Part shown: positions 34,101 through 41,718 of the stretch, piece after piece | How positions within the stretch are numbered: the first letter of the stretch is position 1 | Layout: each line of letters starts with the position of its first letter | DNA from: Nanobdellota archaeon | GTDB lineage: Archaea; Nanobdellota; Nanobdellia; Pacearchaeales; GW2011-AR1 | Length of the DNA stretch: 58,576 nucleotides | Direction: 5' to 3' | Assembly: GCA_030647965.1 (NCBI GenBank) | Contig: JAUSIT010000038.1 | Coordinates: 1 to 58,576, forward strand | The notes under the pieces: model-generated | The model's input: only the letters and a program-made list of their open reading frames with translations | Databases searched by the model: none | Told to the model about the DNA's origin: nothing | Position numbers and translations under genes: made by a program

Positions 34101-36064
34101 TTTATTTAGATAAAAATATGAATTTTAAAGTAAAAACTGCAAGTGAAATAAAAAAAGGAGATAAAATTGCAGTTTTAAAAAAGTTTGATATAAAAAATAG
34201 ACAAAAAGAAATTTTTTTACCGAAAGTATTGTCCGAAAGTGTTCCTTTTAAATTTCAAAAGCAAATAAGAATATGCAATTCAGCTGGCTTTTTTAAGAAG
34301 ATTGTGGAAAAAATAGGAATTGTAAAATTAAGAAGCATAATTTCTGATTTGCCTAAAAATTTATTTGACTGGTATAATATTGTCCCCCTAAGTCATATTA
34401 AACTTTTAGAAGATCATGGATTTTTTTGCTGGAAAGATTTACCTAAAAATGCTTGTATGAGAGGAGCTTTTAATAATCATAAATGGGAACTTAAATTGAA
34501 AATAAGCCCTGAAATGGCAAGAGTTTTAGGGTATTATTCTGCTGAAGGATATTGCAGAAAAACAAAAACAGTATCTCAAGTTTGTTTTAGAATAATGGAC
34601 TCAAATCAGCAGAAAGATTTGATAAGATGCATTAAGTCTTGCTTTGGAATTAAACCTAGTTGTGGAGAAAATAATACTAAAATAAGTATTTGCAATCAGA
34701 TTATTTATTTTTTATTTAAATATTCTTTTAATGCAGGAGAAGGAGCTTATCAAAAAAAGGTGCCAAATATTCTTTTTAATCTTGAACCTAATATTGTTAA
34801 GGAATATATTTCTACTTATTTTAATGGAGATGGTACAATTATAAACGGGAGAAAAAAAGCTATTTGTTTTTACTCTGTTAGCAGAAAAATGCTAGATAGT
34901 TTGGCACTTTTAATTTCTAAATTTGGAATTTTTGGCAGGTTTTTAAAAACAAAAGAAAGATTGCCTGGAAAAAAAGTTCTGGAAAGATATAAAGAACTTA
35001 ATATTAAACCTAAAAAACATATTTTAAATCATCTTGTTTTTTCAGGAGCAGATTTTTATAATTTAAGCCAGCTAATCAAGAAAAAAGTTAATAAGAGAAA
35101 CAATCTTTTTGAAGTTGAAAAATCTAATCTTTCTAGAAAGATTTTGTTTGAGAATCATTTTTATAAATTAGATTCAATAGGAGATGTTTTTGTAGATATT
35201 ATTAAAGAAGTTGAATCTTTTAAAGATAATAATCACTCATATTGTTTTGAAGTTGATTGGAAGTCTGAAGAAGATAAAAATGTTTTATGGGGAGAACAAA
35301 TTATTAATGCTAGGTGCGATGGAGACGAGGCCGCAGTCATGATGTTATTAGATGTTTTAATAAATTTTTCAAGAAAATTTTTGCCTTCACATAGAGGGGG
35401 AACTCAGGATGCTCCTTTGGTTTTAAATTCAAAAATAAGTGCAGGAGAGGTTGATGATCAGATTTTAGATTTTGAATTATGTGCTCAATATCCTTTAGAG
35501 TTATATGAATTTTCAGAACAAGGAAAGCACTCTTCAACAGTTTCTATAGAAACTGTTAAAACTAGATTAAAGAAAAATGAAGATCCTTTTGTAAAAATAG
35601 GTTTTACACACAATACTGATGATTTTAATCTAGGAGTTATTAATTCTTCTTATAAGACATTACCTACTATGAAGGATAAGGTTTTTAATCAAATGGATTT
35701 ATGCAAAAAATTAAGAGCTGTTGATGCAGCAGATGTGGCAAGATTAATTATTGATAGGCATTTTATTAGAGATATTAGAGGTAATTTAAGAAAGTTTTCA
35801 CAACAAGAGTTTAGATGTGTAAAATGCAATGAAAAATTTAGACGACCCCCTATGTCTGGGTGTTGCTCTAAATGCGAAGGAAAAATTATATTTACTATTT
35901 CAGAAGGTTCTATTATAAAATATTTAGAACCTGCTTTAGATTTGGCAAATAATTTTGCTATTCCTGCTTATACTAAGCAAGGGCTTGAACTTGCTAAAAT
36001 TTATATTGAAAGTATTTTTGGAAAAGAACAAGACAAACAGATTGAATTAAAAAAATGGTTTTAA
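31106..36064 (+). CDS. DNA polymerase II (PolD) large subunit DP2, with an intein
   Basis: 1652 aa. The conserved catalytic-region sequence ..SPYMHAAMRRD / CDGDEAAVMMLLD is interrupted by about 505 aa. C-terminal Zn finger CVKCNEKFRRPPMSGCCSKCEG. Confidence 0.9.
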   Translation: MEQYFNELVKDVRKEYAIAELAKQKGLDPVDKVEIPLAMSLAEKVVGLISTIYPQLENSGVAKRIIELENEYGQLDTAVSFKIAEEVAKEKFCKFKSLLEAIDAGIRVGFSYTTLGVVSSPIEGFTGIKLGKTKNGEEYFIASFSGPIRSAGTTASCVVLMLIDYLRELFGYAKYDPDENEIKRYVIENFDYHERVNNLQYLPTEEEIIFLAKNLPIQVSGEPTEKKEVSNYKDLPRVETNCIRGGMCLCFSEGLAQKAQKGLRLWKATQAKGFQMTGWEFLSEYLIMHKKREKGSTDASPTYIKDLVAGRPVFGHPSRSGAFRFRYGRSRVCGFSAVSIHPATMAISNNFLSTGTQLKIEKPTKGCVVTSCDSIDGPIVKLKNGSVKRLYDFEEAKKLYKETEEIIYFGDILFPLGDVINRNYELIKSAYVEEWWGLELKKKFEEKGEIFNLDVFKVSLNEAIVFSENYKIPLYPKYIYYWSQIKTEDFFWLMEWLQNAEWREKLILPYEKSSRDKFKQAKRALELLGVEHEVIFDNVIINDGKAFLINLGIDFFGENFKESVKKIIEENKDKTSVLEIINNISKFKIKDKAGVFIGTRMGRPEKAKLRKLIGSPNVLFPIGEQGGRFRSLNEAAEIGFIKGNFPINYCETCKKNTIYRTCESCGNKTNKLRICPECRKTFEGLVCPEHNLGKGFDNQRIDSKYYLSKASKFLEATTIPELIKGVRETFSEDHDFEHIEKGILRAKYNLCVNKDGTIRYDATELPITHFKPKEVAVGFEKLKEIGYIKDIFDKELISDEQILELKPHDIILPACPETKDERGDSVFLNIANFLDELLEKFYKLPKYYNLKTKQDLVGQLVVCMAPHNCAGVIGRIIGFSKTQGLLASPYMHAAMRRDCVYPTTNFVYSENGETKICEIGDYVEELIKNNAKTKIIDSYNTLKININKEIYAFGVNPISKKLTKKKIKYFIKGMPPEKWVKIKTCSGREQIMTPRHKFIYLDKNMNFKVKTASEIKKGDKIAVLKKFDIKNRQKEIFLPKVLSESVPFKFQKQIRICNSAGFFKKIVEKIGIVKLRSIISDLPKNLFDWYNIVPLSHIKLLEDHGFFCWKDLPKNACMRGAFNNHKWELKLKISPEMARVLGYYSAEGYCRKTKTVSQVCFRIMDSNQQKDLIRCIKSCFGIKPSCGENNTKISICNQIIYFLFKYSFNAGEGAYQKKVPNILFNLEPNIVKEYISTYFNGDGTIINGRKKAICFYSVSRKMLDSLALLISKFGIFGRFLKTKERLPGKKVLERYKELNIKPKKHILNHLVFSGADFYNLSQLIKKKVNKRNNLFEVEKSNLSRKILFENHFYKLDSIGDVFVDIIKEVESFKDNNHSYCFEVDWKSEEDKNVLWGEQIINARCDGDEAAVMMLLDVLINFSRKFLPSHRGGTQDAPLVLNSKISAGEVDDQILDFELCAQYPLELYEFSEQGKHSSTVSIETVKTRLKKNEDPFVKIGFTHNTDDFNLGVINSSYKTLPTMKDKVFNQMDLCKKLRAVDAADVARLIIDRHFIRDIRGNLRKFSQQEFRCVKCNEKFRRPPMSGCCSKCEGKIIFTISEGSIIKYLEPALDLANNFAIPAYTKQGLELAKIYIESIFGKEQDKQIELKKWF
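33800..35314 (+). mobile_element. Intein with LAGLIDADG homing-endonuclease domain inside DP2
   Basis: Starts at Cys (CVYPTTNF..), block B-like TPRHKF, LAGLIDADG motifs LGYYSAEGY and YFNGDGT, and ends ..GEQIINAR immediately before CDGDE. Confidence 0.8.
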
Positions 36065-36555
36065 ATTTTTCTAGAAGCAATATCTACTTTTCTTTTTTCA
36101 TTTAGAAAAAATTGCATTTTTTCAATTATTTCATCATAAGAAATTTTTTCTTTTTTACCAGATTTTAATATACCTATATTTAGAAGCATTATGTATTTTT
36201 TTGTTTTTTCAATATCTTTTAAAATAGGGTGATTTCTTTTTTCAGCTTCTTTTACAAATTCTTCATATTTAATAGGTGGATAGGGATAATAATCTTCACA
36301 CTTATGATTTTCAAAATCAGAAGTACATGAAGCACATGCTTCTTTTGCTGTTTTAAAGTCAGTAATATATCTTATATGTTCTATGCAAATACCCTCTACA
36401 ATTTCTTTTATTTGCCTATCAGGACAATCATAATTATTTGGGTGTTTTTTAGGATTATAATCTACTGCACAGCTATTACATCTTGAAGAAATAAGATTTA
36501 TATGTCCTTGACAAATTTTTAAAGCCAAGTCAATTTTTTTCTCTAATTTTGCCAT
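36061..36555 (-). CDS. Hypothetical Cys-rich protein
   Basis: 164-aa ORF with multiple Cys/His (CQGH, CNSC, CPD, CIEH, CASC, HKCED). No family recognised. Confidence 0.45.
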   Translation of the reverse strand: MAKLEKKIDLALKICQGHINLISSRCNSCAVDYNPKKHPNNYDCPDRQIKEIVEGICIEHIRYITDFKTAKEACASCTSDFENHKCEDYYPYPPIKYEEFVKEAEKRNHPILKDIEKTKKYIMLLNIGILKSGKKEKISYDEIIEKMQFFLNEKRKVDIASRKI

Positions 36556-36577
36556 GTTTTTAAGATTAGAATTTATT

Positions 36578-36901
36578 TTAGATAAATTTTACTGCAGTTC
36601 CATAAGCTAGGATTTCTGAAGAATTTGCCATAATTGATGATGTACCAAATCTCATAGCAATTATTCCATCTGCTTTTATTTTTATTGCTTCATTAACCAT
36701 TCTATTATATGCTTCATCTCTTGATTGTGATATTAATTCTGTAAATGTTCTTATTTCTCCACCAATAATTCCTTTGAATGCTGCTGCAATATCTCTTCCT
36801 ATATTTCTGCTTCTTACTGTATTTCCTTTGACAATTCCAATTACTTTTAATTTTTTGCCAGGAATATCATTTCCTGTTGTAACAATTATTTCGTTTGTCA
36901 T
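36578..36901 (-). CDS. YbjQ/UPF0145 family protein
   Basis: IVTTGNDIPGKKLKVIGIVKG...RDIAAAFKGIIGGEI...SRDEAYNRMVNEA...GADGIIAMRF is typical of UPF0145. Confidence 0.75.
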   Translation of the reverse strand: MTNEIIVTTGNDIPGKKLKVIGIVKGNTVRSRNIGRDIAAAFKGIIGGEIRTFTELISQSRDEAYNRMVNEAIKIKADGIIAMRFGTSSIMANSSEILAYGTAVKFI

Positions 36902-37015
36902 AGTTATCCTTTGATTTCCTTATTTTTAATTGTTTTTATTTCTTCAAATGGGCATTATACTTCCTCTATCTTGTTATGATTTTTGTTGTTCCCATTTGAA
37001 TGTTTAAAAAATACC

Positions 37016-37219
37016 TCACCGCTTACTTACTGCGGGAGTATTTTTTATTTCTTCAATTTCATCTTCTTTATTTAAAAGAATTACAATTCCGATAATTAAT
37101 AGGATAATTGCATAAATCCATAGAAAAAAAAGAGTCTTTATTGAAAATAAGGGGATTATTAAAAAAATTAATCCTATAATGGTTATTATTATTCCTGTAA
37201 TTGATTGGCCTTTTCTCAT
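37016..37219 (-). CDS. Small membrane protein
   Basis: 67 aa with two hydrophobic helices. Confidence 0.4.
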   Translation of the reverse strand: MRKGQSITGIIITIIGLIFLIIPLFSIKTLFFLWIYAIILLIIGIVILLNKEDEIEEIKNTPAVSKR

Positions 37220-37222
37220 TTT

Positions 37223-37435
37223 TTATTTTTTTGGATTTAAAATATAGTGAACATCATACCAATAATCTAATGGTTTTAGTGACTCTGTATCTTTCAATAT
37301 ATTGCATAATCTTAAGCTAGGAATTATTTCTGCCTGGCCTGGTTTAATATAATCTCCTGTTACATTTGCTCTAATTTCTCTTAATTTTTCTAGTGCTGAT
37401 TCTTGAGTTGCACATCTAACATAGGGTGTATTCAT
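37223..37435 (-). CDS. Hypothetical small protein
   Basis: 70-aa ORF tightly packed between two small membrane-protein genes. Confidence 0.35.
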   Translation of the reverse strand: MNTPYVRCATQESALEKLREIRANVTGDYIKPGQAEIIPSLRLCNILKDTESLKPLDYWYDVHYILNPKK

Positions 37436-37623
37436 TTTTTTCTTTTTTTCTTTTTAGATTTAGTTATATTTGATTTTGATTTATATTCATTAAAAATAAT
37501 TAATCCAATTCCTGCGATAGTTATAATCATTGAAGCAAAGATATAAGAATTTGATGCTAAAATATAAAATATTGCACCTAAAATAACTAAAATTATTCCT
37601 AAACAAACAATTAATTTAGACAT
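37432..37623 (-). CDS. Small membrane protein with a poly-Lys tail
   Basis: 63 aa, two hydrophobic helices, C-terminal KSKKKKRKK. Confidence 0.4.
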   Translation of the reverse strand: MSKLIVCLGIILVILGAIFYILASNSYIFASMIITIAGIGLIIFNEYKSKSNITKSKKKKRKK

Positions 37624-37682
37624 TTATTTTTTAAGAGATTTAGGATTATAAATCTGTTGGTGTTGGGAATTTTCTAGATAAG

Positions 37683-37995
37683 ATATTTACTAATTATAGC
37701 ACTTCGTTCTGTTAGAAAGGTTTCATCAGCATTTCTGAGCACTGTCAGGAATTTACATTCCTGAAGCCATCGAGAATTCTTAATTCTTGAGGTCCTAAAA
37801 TTCCAATATTTATATACATGAATTTTTTGATTATAAGAAGTCACCTAGAAAAAGTTTTGCTCTTTTATCTTGCGTTACTTATGCAAGAGCAAAACTTTTT
37901 GCGGTTCCTGATTAGTTATTAATTAATTGTTAAAATTGTCGCGAGACAATCATAATATCTTTGCTTGTTAAAGCAACTATTTCCATGTAAATTGC
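37683..37995 (+). repeat. EL-B copy 3 (H52 at 37849-37900), carrying a nested roughly 125-nt insertion rich in HP-A hairpins
   Basis: The backbone ATTTACTAATTATAGCACTTCGT is interrupted at about 37710-37835 by ..CATTTCTGAGCAC, TGTCAGGAATTTACATTCCTGAAGC and GAGAATTCTTAATTCTTGAGGTCC. It resumes as AAGAAGTCACC-TAG-[H52]-GCGGTTCCT...ATTGTCGCGAGACAAT...TTGCTTGTTAAAGCAA. Confidence 0.7.
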
Positions 37996-38002
37996 TTTTT
38001 TC

Positions 38003-38182
38003 TTATACTACTGGTTTTCGTTTTCTTGGTTTATTCCAGTAAGGAGATTTGCATTTAGGGCATATAATTGGAAGAGTATTGATATTTTGCTTGTTTCTAG
38101 GAACCCATTCATGATTACATCTTTCACATCTAAATCCTTTTAGCTTTATTTCTATTTCTGCAATATTCTTACCTTTTCTATT
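38003..38182 (-). CDS. Possible zinc-ribbon mini-protein without a canonical start codon
   Basis: The open frame reads NRKGKNIAEIEIKLKGFRCERCNHEWVPRNKQNINTLPIICPKCKSPYWNKPRKRKPVV. It has two CxxC pairs but no in-frame ATG, GTG or TTG. Confidence 0.25.
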   Translation of the reverse strand, partial: NRKGKNIAEIEIKLKGFRCERCNHEWVPRNKQNINTLPIICPKCKSPYWNKPRKRKPVV

Positions 38183-38459
38183 TTATATAATATTAAATTA
38201 AGTTTCCCTTTATAAACTTACCTACTAAGTAATACCTTTAATAGATATGTTTATAAAGATATATTTACTAAACTATATATCTTATAAGTATAGTTTACTT
38301 GAGAGATTTATAAGTTTTTCTCAATACTTATATAGATGAAGATATTGATGATAAAATGAAAAAAACCTTGGGAATAAGGTTTTTAGTATGCAAGAAAATT
38401 CAAGGAATTTTCTGCCCCTGAAAATCTATCGATTTTCAGTGGTTCAAAATTAAAAATTT

Positions 38460-39218
38460 ATGAACATGAAAAAAATGCCAATAATCTCGATTGCACCGAT
38501 AAGATATTTTGATATTAGTACTACTGATAATCTTATTAAGATAAAAAAATACATTAGAATGGCTAAGAGGGCAGGATCTGATATTATTTGTTTTCCAGAA
38601 TCTTGCATAAAGAAAAATGGATGTATTCAATTAAAAGGCAAATTAATTAATGCAATACAAGAAGAATGCAAGAAAAATTCAATTTGGTGCATTGTAACAG
38701 AAGATTTGTTAATTAATAAAAAACCATTTAATGTTTCTATATTGATTAATAGAAAAGGCAAAATTACAGGCAAGTATAGAAAAATAAATCTTTACGGGGA
38801 TAAAGTAAATCCGGGAAATAAAGTTGAAGTATTTAAAACTGATTTTGGTAAAATAGGTGTTGTCATATGCTGGGATTTGGCTTCTCCTGATTTATTTCAA
38901 ACAATGAGGGAAAAAGGTGCTGAAATTATATTTTGCCCTTCACAATGGTGGTATGATTCAGAACCTCATAAAAATAAACATAAAAAAGAAAGAGAAATGG
39001 TCTTGTTAAAATCTTTAATACTTGCAAGAGCATTTGAAAATGTATGCTTTGTTGCATTGTGTAATCCTTTAGTTGATTCTAAATATCAGGTTTCATATTC
39101 TGCAATTGCATCTCCATTGAAAATTCTTAAAGAGTCTGTAAATGATGAGAAATTAATTAGTGTAGAAGTTGATAGAAAAGAGATAAAGAGATTAAGAAAG
39201 TTTTATGATAATAATTAA
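38460..39218 (+). CDS. Carbon-nitrogen hydrolase (nitrilase superfamily)
   Basis: Glu-Lys-Cys triad context: ICFPE, YRKINLY, GVVICWD. Confidence 0.75.
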   Translation: MNMKKMPIISIAPIRYFDISTTDNLIKIKKYIRMAKRAGSDIICFPESCIKKNGCIQLKGKLINAIQEECKKNSIWCIVTEDLLINKKPFNVSILINRKGKITGKYRKINLYGDKVNPGNKVEVFKTDFGKIGVVICWDLASPDLFQTMREKGAEIIFCPSQWWYDSEPHKNKHKKEREMVLLKSLILARAFENVCFVALCNPLVDSKYQVSYSAIASPLKILKESVNDEKLISVEVDRKEIKRLRKFYDNN

Positions 39219-39232
39219 ATAATAATCTTTTT

Positions 39233-39283
39233 ATGTCAGAAATGCTGTTAAAGTTGTGGCATTTCTGAGCATCCTAAAAACAA
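39233..39283 (+). repeat. HP-A hairpin between convergent genes
   Basis: ATGTCAGAAATGCTGTTAAAGTTGTGGCATTTCTGAGCATCCTAAAAACAA. Confidence 0.65.
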
Positions 39284-39290
39284 AAAGTAT

Positions 39291-40178
39291 TTATTTTTTA
39301 TAATGTGCCTTTTTGTTTTTCTGATTAATACAAGCTTGTTTTAAGAAATTTAAAGTTAAATCTACTAATTTTTCTCTTTCATTTTCAAAAAAGTCAAAAG
39401 CAGGTTCTGAATTAACTTCTAAAACAAGCCATTTTCCATCTTTTTTTAATAAATCAATGCCGCAAATGTTTATTTTTACTGCTTTGACAACTTTATCTAC
39501 TATTTTTTTTAAATCACTATCTATTTTAAATTTTTTAAATGTTTTTCCATGAACTCCTGTTGCTTTCCAGGTTTTACTTGTTTTAATTGCTGTTTGGACA
39601 ATTTTTTTATTTATTATAGTAATTCTATAAGATGGTGAAAGAACCATTTCTTGAGCAATTATTGGAATTTTTTCAGAGCCTTTTTTCCAGAATTTTTTTA
39701 TGACTCTGACTGCTTGCTCTGGATTTTCTGCTTTTTCAACATATTCTCCCATTGTTCCTACAACTCTTTTTAAAACAACAGGCCAGTGATTAAAATCTTC
39801 TAATTCTTTTTTAGCAATGTTTAGGTTTTCAGATAGTAAAATAGTATTTATTGTAGGGATATTATGCTCTTGACATTTAACATAAAACATCCATTTATCT
39901 TCTGTATAATAGTATAATCTTGAATTATCAATTACTTTTTTTCCAAATTCTTCAATTGTTTTTATATACTCTATAACAAAATCCTCTGCAGTGTTATTAT
40001 ATATTAAATCGCATTTTTTTATTTGTTCTCTAAATTCTTTTTCATCTATTCTTTTAAAAATATTAATTGGAATTAGTTCGATGTTTTTCTTTTTTGCAAG
40101 TTCAAGAAACATTTTTTCTTCTTTTCCAAGATTTTTTCCACTATAAAGAAAACCTATCACACTCTTTTTGCTAGTCAT
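39291..40178 (-). CDS. ATP-grasp ligase, RimK-like
   Basis: Size and pattern (WPVVLKRVVGTMGEYV..., IIAQEMV, VLEVNSEPAF) fit the RimK/ATP-grasp fold. Confidence 0.65.
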   Translation of the reverse strand: MTSKKSVIGFLYSGKNLGKEEKMFLELAKKKNIELIPINIFKRIDEKEFREQIKKCDLIYNNTAEDFVIEYIKTIEEFGKKVIDNSRLYYYTEDKWMFYVKCQEHNIPTINTILLSENLNIAKKELEDFNHWPVVLKRVVGTMGEYVEKAENPEQAVRVIKKFWKKGSEKIPIIAQEMVLSPSYRITIINKKIVQTAIKTSKTWKATGVHGKTFKKFKIDSDLKKIVDKVVKAVKINICGIDLLKKDGKWLVLEVNSEPAFDFFENEREKLVDLTLNFLKQACINQKNKKAHYKK

Positions 40179-40246
40179 ACTAATATTATCTAGTTAATTT
40201 TGTTTTTAAAGTTTGTTAGATTGTTAAGGAAACCTATTAAATTGAG

Positions 40247-40429
40247 ATTTACTATTATTATACTTCGTAGGAATATTAAGTTGCCTAGAAAAAGTTTTAC
40301 TCCCCTATCTTGCGTACTCATTGCAAGAGCAAAAGTTTTTGCGGCTCCTTTCGATTAATTAATATAAATTGTCGCTAGACAATTATAATATTCTTACTTG
40401 TTAAAGCAAACTATTTCAACGCAGTTGTA
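40247..40429 (+). repeat. EL-B copy 4 (H52 at 40289-40340)
   Basis: GATTTACTATTATTATACTTCGTAGGAATATTAAGTTGCC-TAG-[H52]-GCGGCTCCT...ATTGTCGCTAGACAAT...CTTGTTAAAGCAAACTATTTCAACGCAGTTGTA. Confidence 0.7.
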
Positions 40430-40445
40430 TGTCTCTATAGATTTT

Positions 40446-41651
40446 TTAACTTAAAAAAGGCAGATAAAAAATCATTGTTGGGACTAGCAGACAGCCCATT
40501 AAAAGACCTTTTCTTATATTTAGATAGTTACAAGTTAATCCTAGGCAAGTTGAAACTAGAAAGACTAAAAATCCTAAAAGTCCTGAAAAAATTAAGACAA
40601 TTATACTTAATAAAAATAAAACTGCTAATGATATTTTTGAATAGTTTATTTTATTTATGTTTTTTATAAAGATTTTGGAAATTTTTAATCCTAGAAAGAA
40701 AACTATCACTGAAGTAATTAGTATTATTAATAAGATGTAAAATATATTTTCTAAAGATAGGAGCATTATTTCATTTATTGCATAGGCAGAGCCTGTTCTT
40801 GATTTTTGAATTAAATATAAAACTACAAATGAAAGAGACATAACTAGTATGTTTACTGAGCCAAGAAGCATTAGAAATTGTTTTCTTGATAGTTTTCCTA
40901 TTATTCCTGAACCAATAATTGCTGCTTGTGATGAGCCTAGTCCTGGTAAAAACGAACATAAAGGTGAGGAAAATAAACTTGCAAGAGCTGGTTTTATTAG
41001 TTCTTTTTTATTTATTATTATTTTTTCTATTTTTTGTTCTGGTAGTTTTGTTTTTTGTGAAAGAGAATAAATTAAAGAAGATGAGCCAAATAAACCTGTT
41101 AATAAAGGAAGAAGAGGCTGTTTTATAGGAAGATTTAAAGTAGATAGTCCTAAAAATCCTGCTAAAATAAAAATAATTAGTGCTAGAACTTTGTTAGTAT
41201 TTTCTTTTAAAATTAGAAAAATGCAAGCCCAGATTAAAATCCAAAACATCATTTTTTGAAAAAAAGGATAAATATTTGGAAGTGTGTAAATAAATAAAGG
41301 AACTAAAAAAATGAGTAAAAATAGTCCTATTAAACATCCTATTAGTGTTAAAAAAACAGCTTCATGGCCTTTTCCTTGAAGAAGCATTTCTTGGCCAGGC
41401 ATTATACTTAAAACAGTGTCTTCATTTGGAGCTCCTAAAAAAATAGAAGGTATAAAATCAATAAATGTGTGTGTTATTGACATTGAAACAATAAAGATTA
41501 CTAGAATAAAGGGAGAGGCAAAAGAAAGAAAAAAAGAAATAGATGAAATTAATAAAACTCCTACCAGATTTATATGAATTCCTGGCATTAGGCCTGTGAA
41601 AGTTCCTGCTAAGATTCCTAGGAATAGTGCGAGAATGATTTCAAATAACAT
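40446..41651 (-). CDS. Polytopic membrane protein, TctA/DUF112-like
   Basis: About 10 or more hydrophobic helices. N-terminal GTFTGLMPGIHINL resembles the DUF112/TctA motif. Confidence 0.55.
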   Translation of the reverse strand: MLFEIILALFLGILAGTFTGLMPGIHINLVGVLLISSISFFLSFASPFILVIFIVSMSITHTFIDFIPSIFLGAPNEDTVLSIMPGQEMLLQGKGHEAVFLTLIGCLIGLFLLIFLVPLFIYTLPNIYPFFQKMMFWILIWACIFLILKENTNKVLALIIFILAGFLGLSTLNLPIKQPLLPLLTGLFGSSSLIYSLSQKTKLPEQKIEKIIINKKELIKPALASLFSSPLCSFLPGLGSSQAAIIGSGIIGKLSRKQFLMLLGSVNILVMSLSFVVLYLIQKSRTGSAYAINEIMLLSLENIFYILLIILITSVIVFFLGLKISKIFIKNINKINYSKISLAVLFLLSIIVLIFSGLLGFLVFLVSTCLGLTCNYLNIRKGLLMGCLLVPTMIFYLPFLS

Positions 41652-41718
41652 TGAAAAATATAGGAAATATTTATATATATGGATTGTTATAGTTTTTTAT
41701 TATTCAAGGAGTAGATAG

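Noticed and set aside
40475-41128. ORFs 40475-40669, 40771-40959, 40849-41070 and 40919-41128 overlapping the TctA-like membrane-protein gene
   Set aside because: They are alternative-frame or antisense products of a long, coherent polytopic membrane-protein ORF, with no independent signals.
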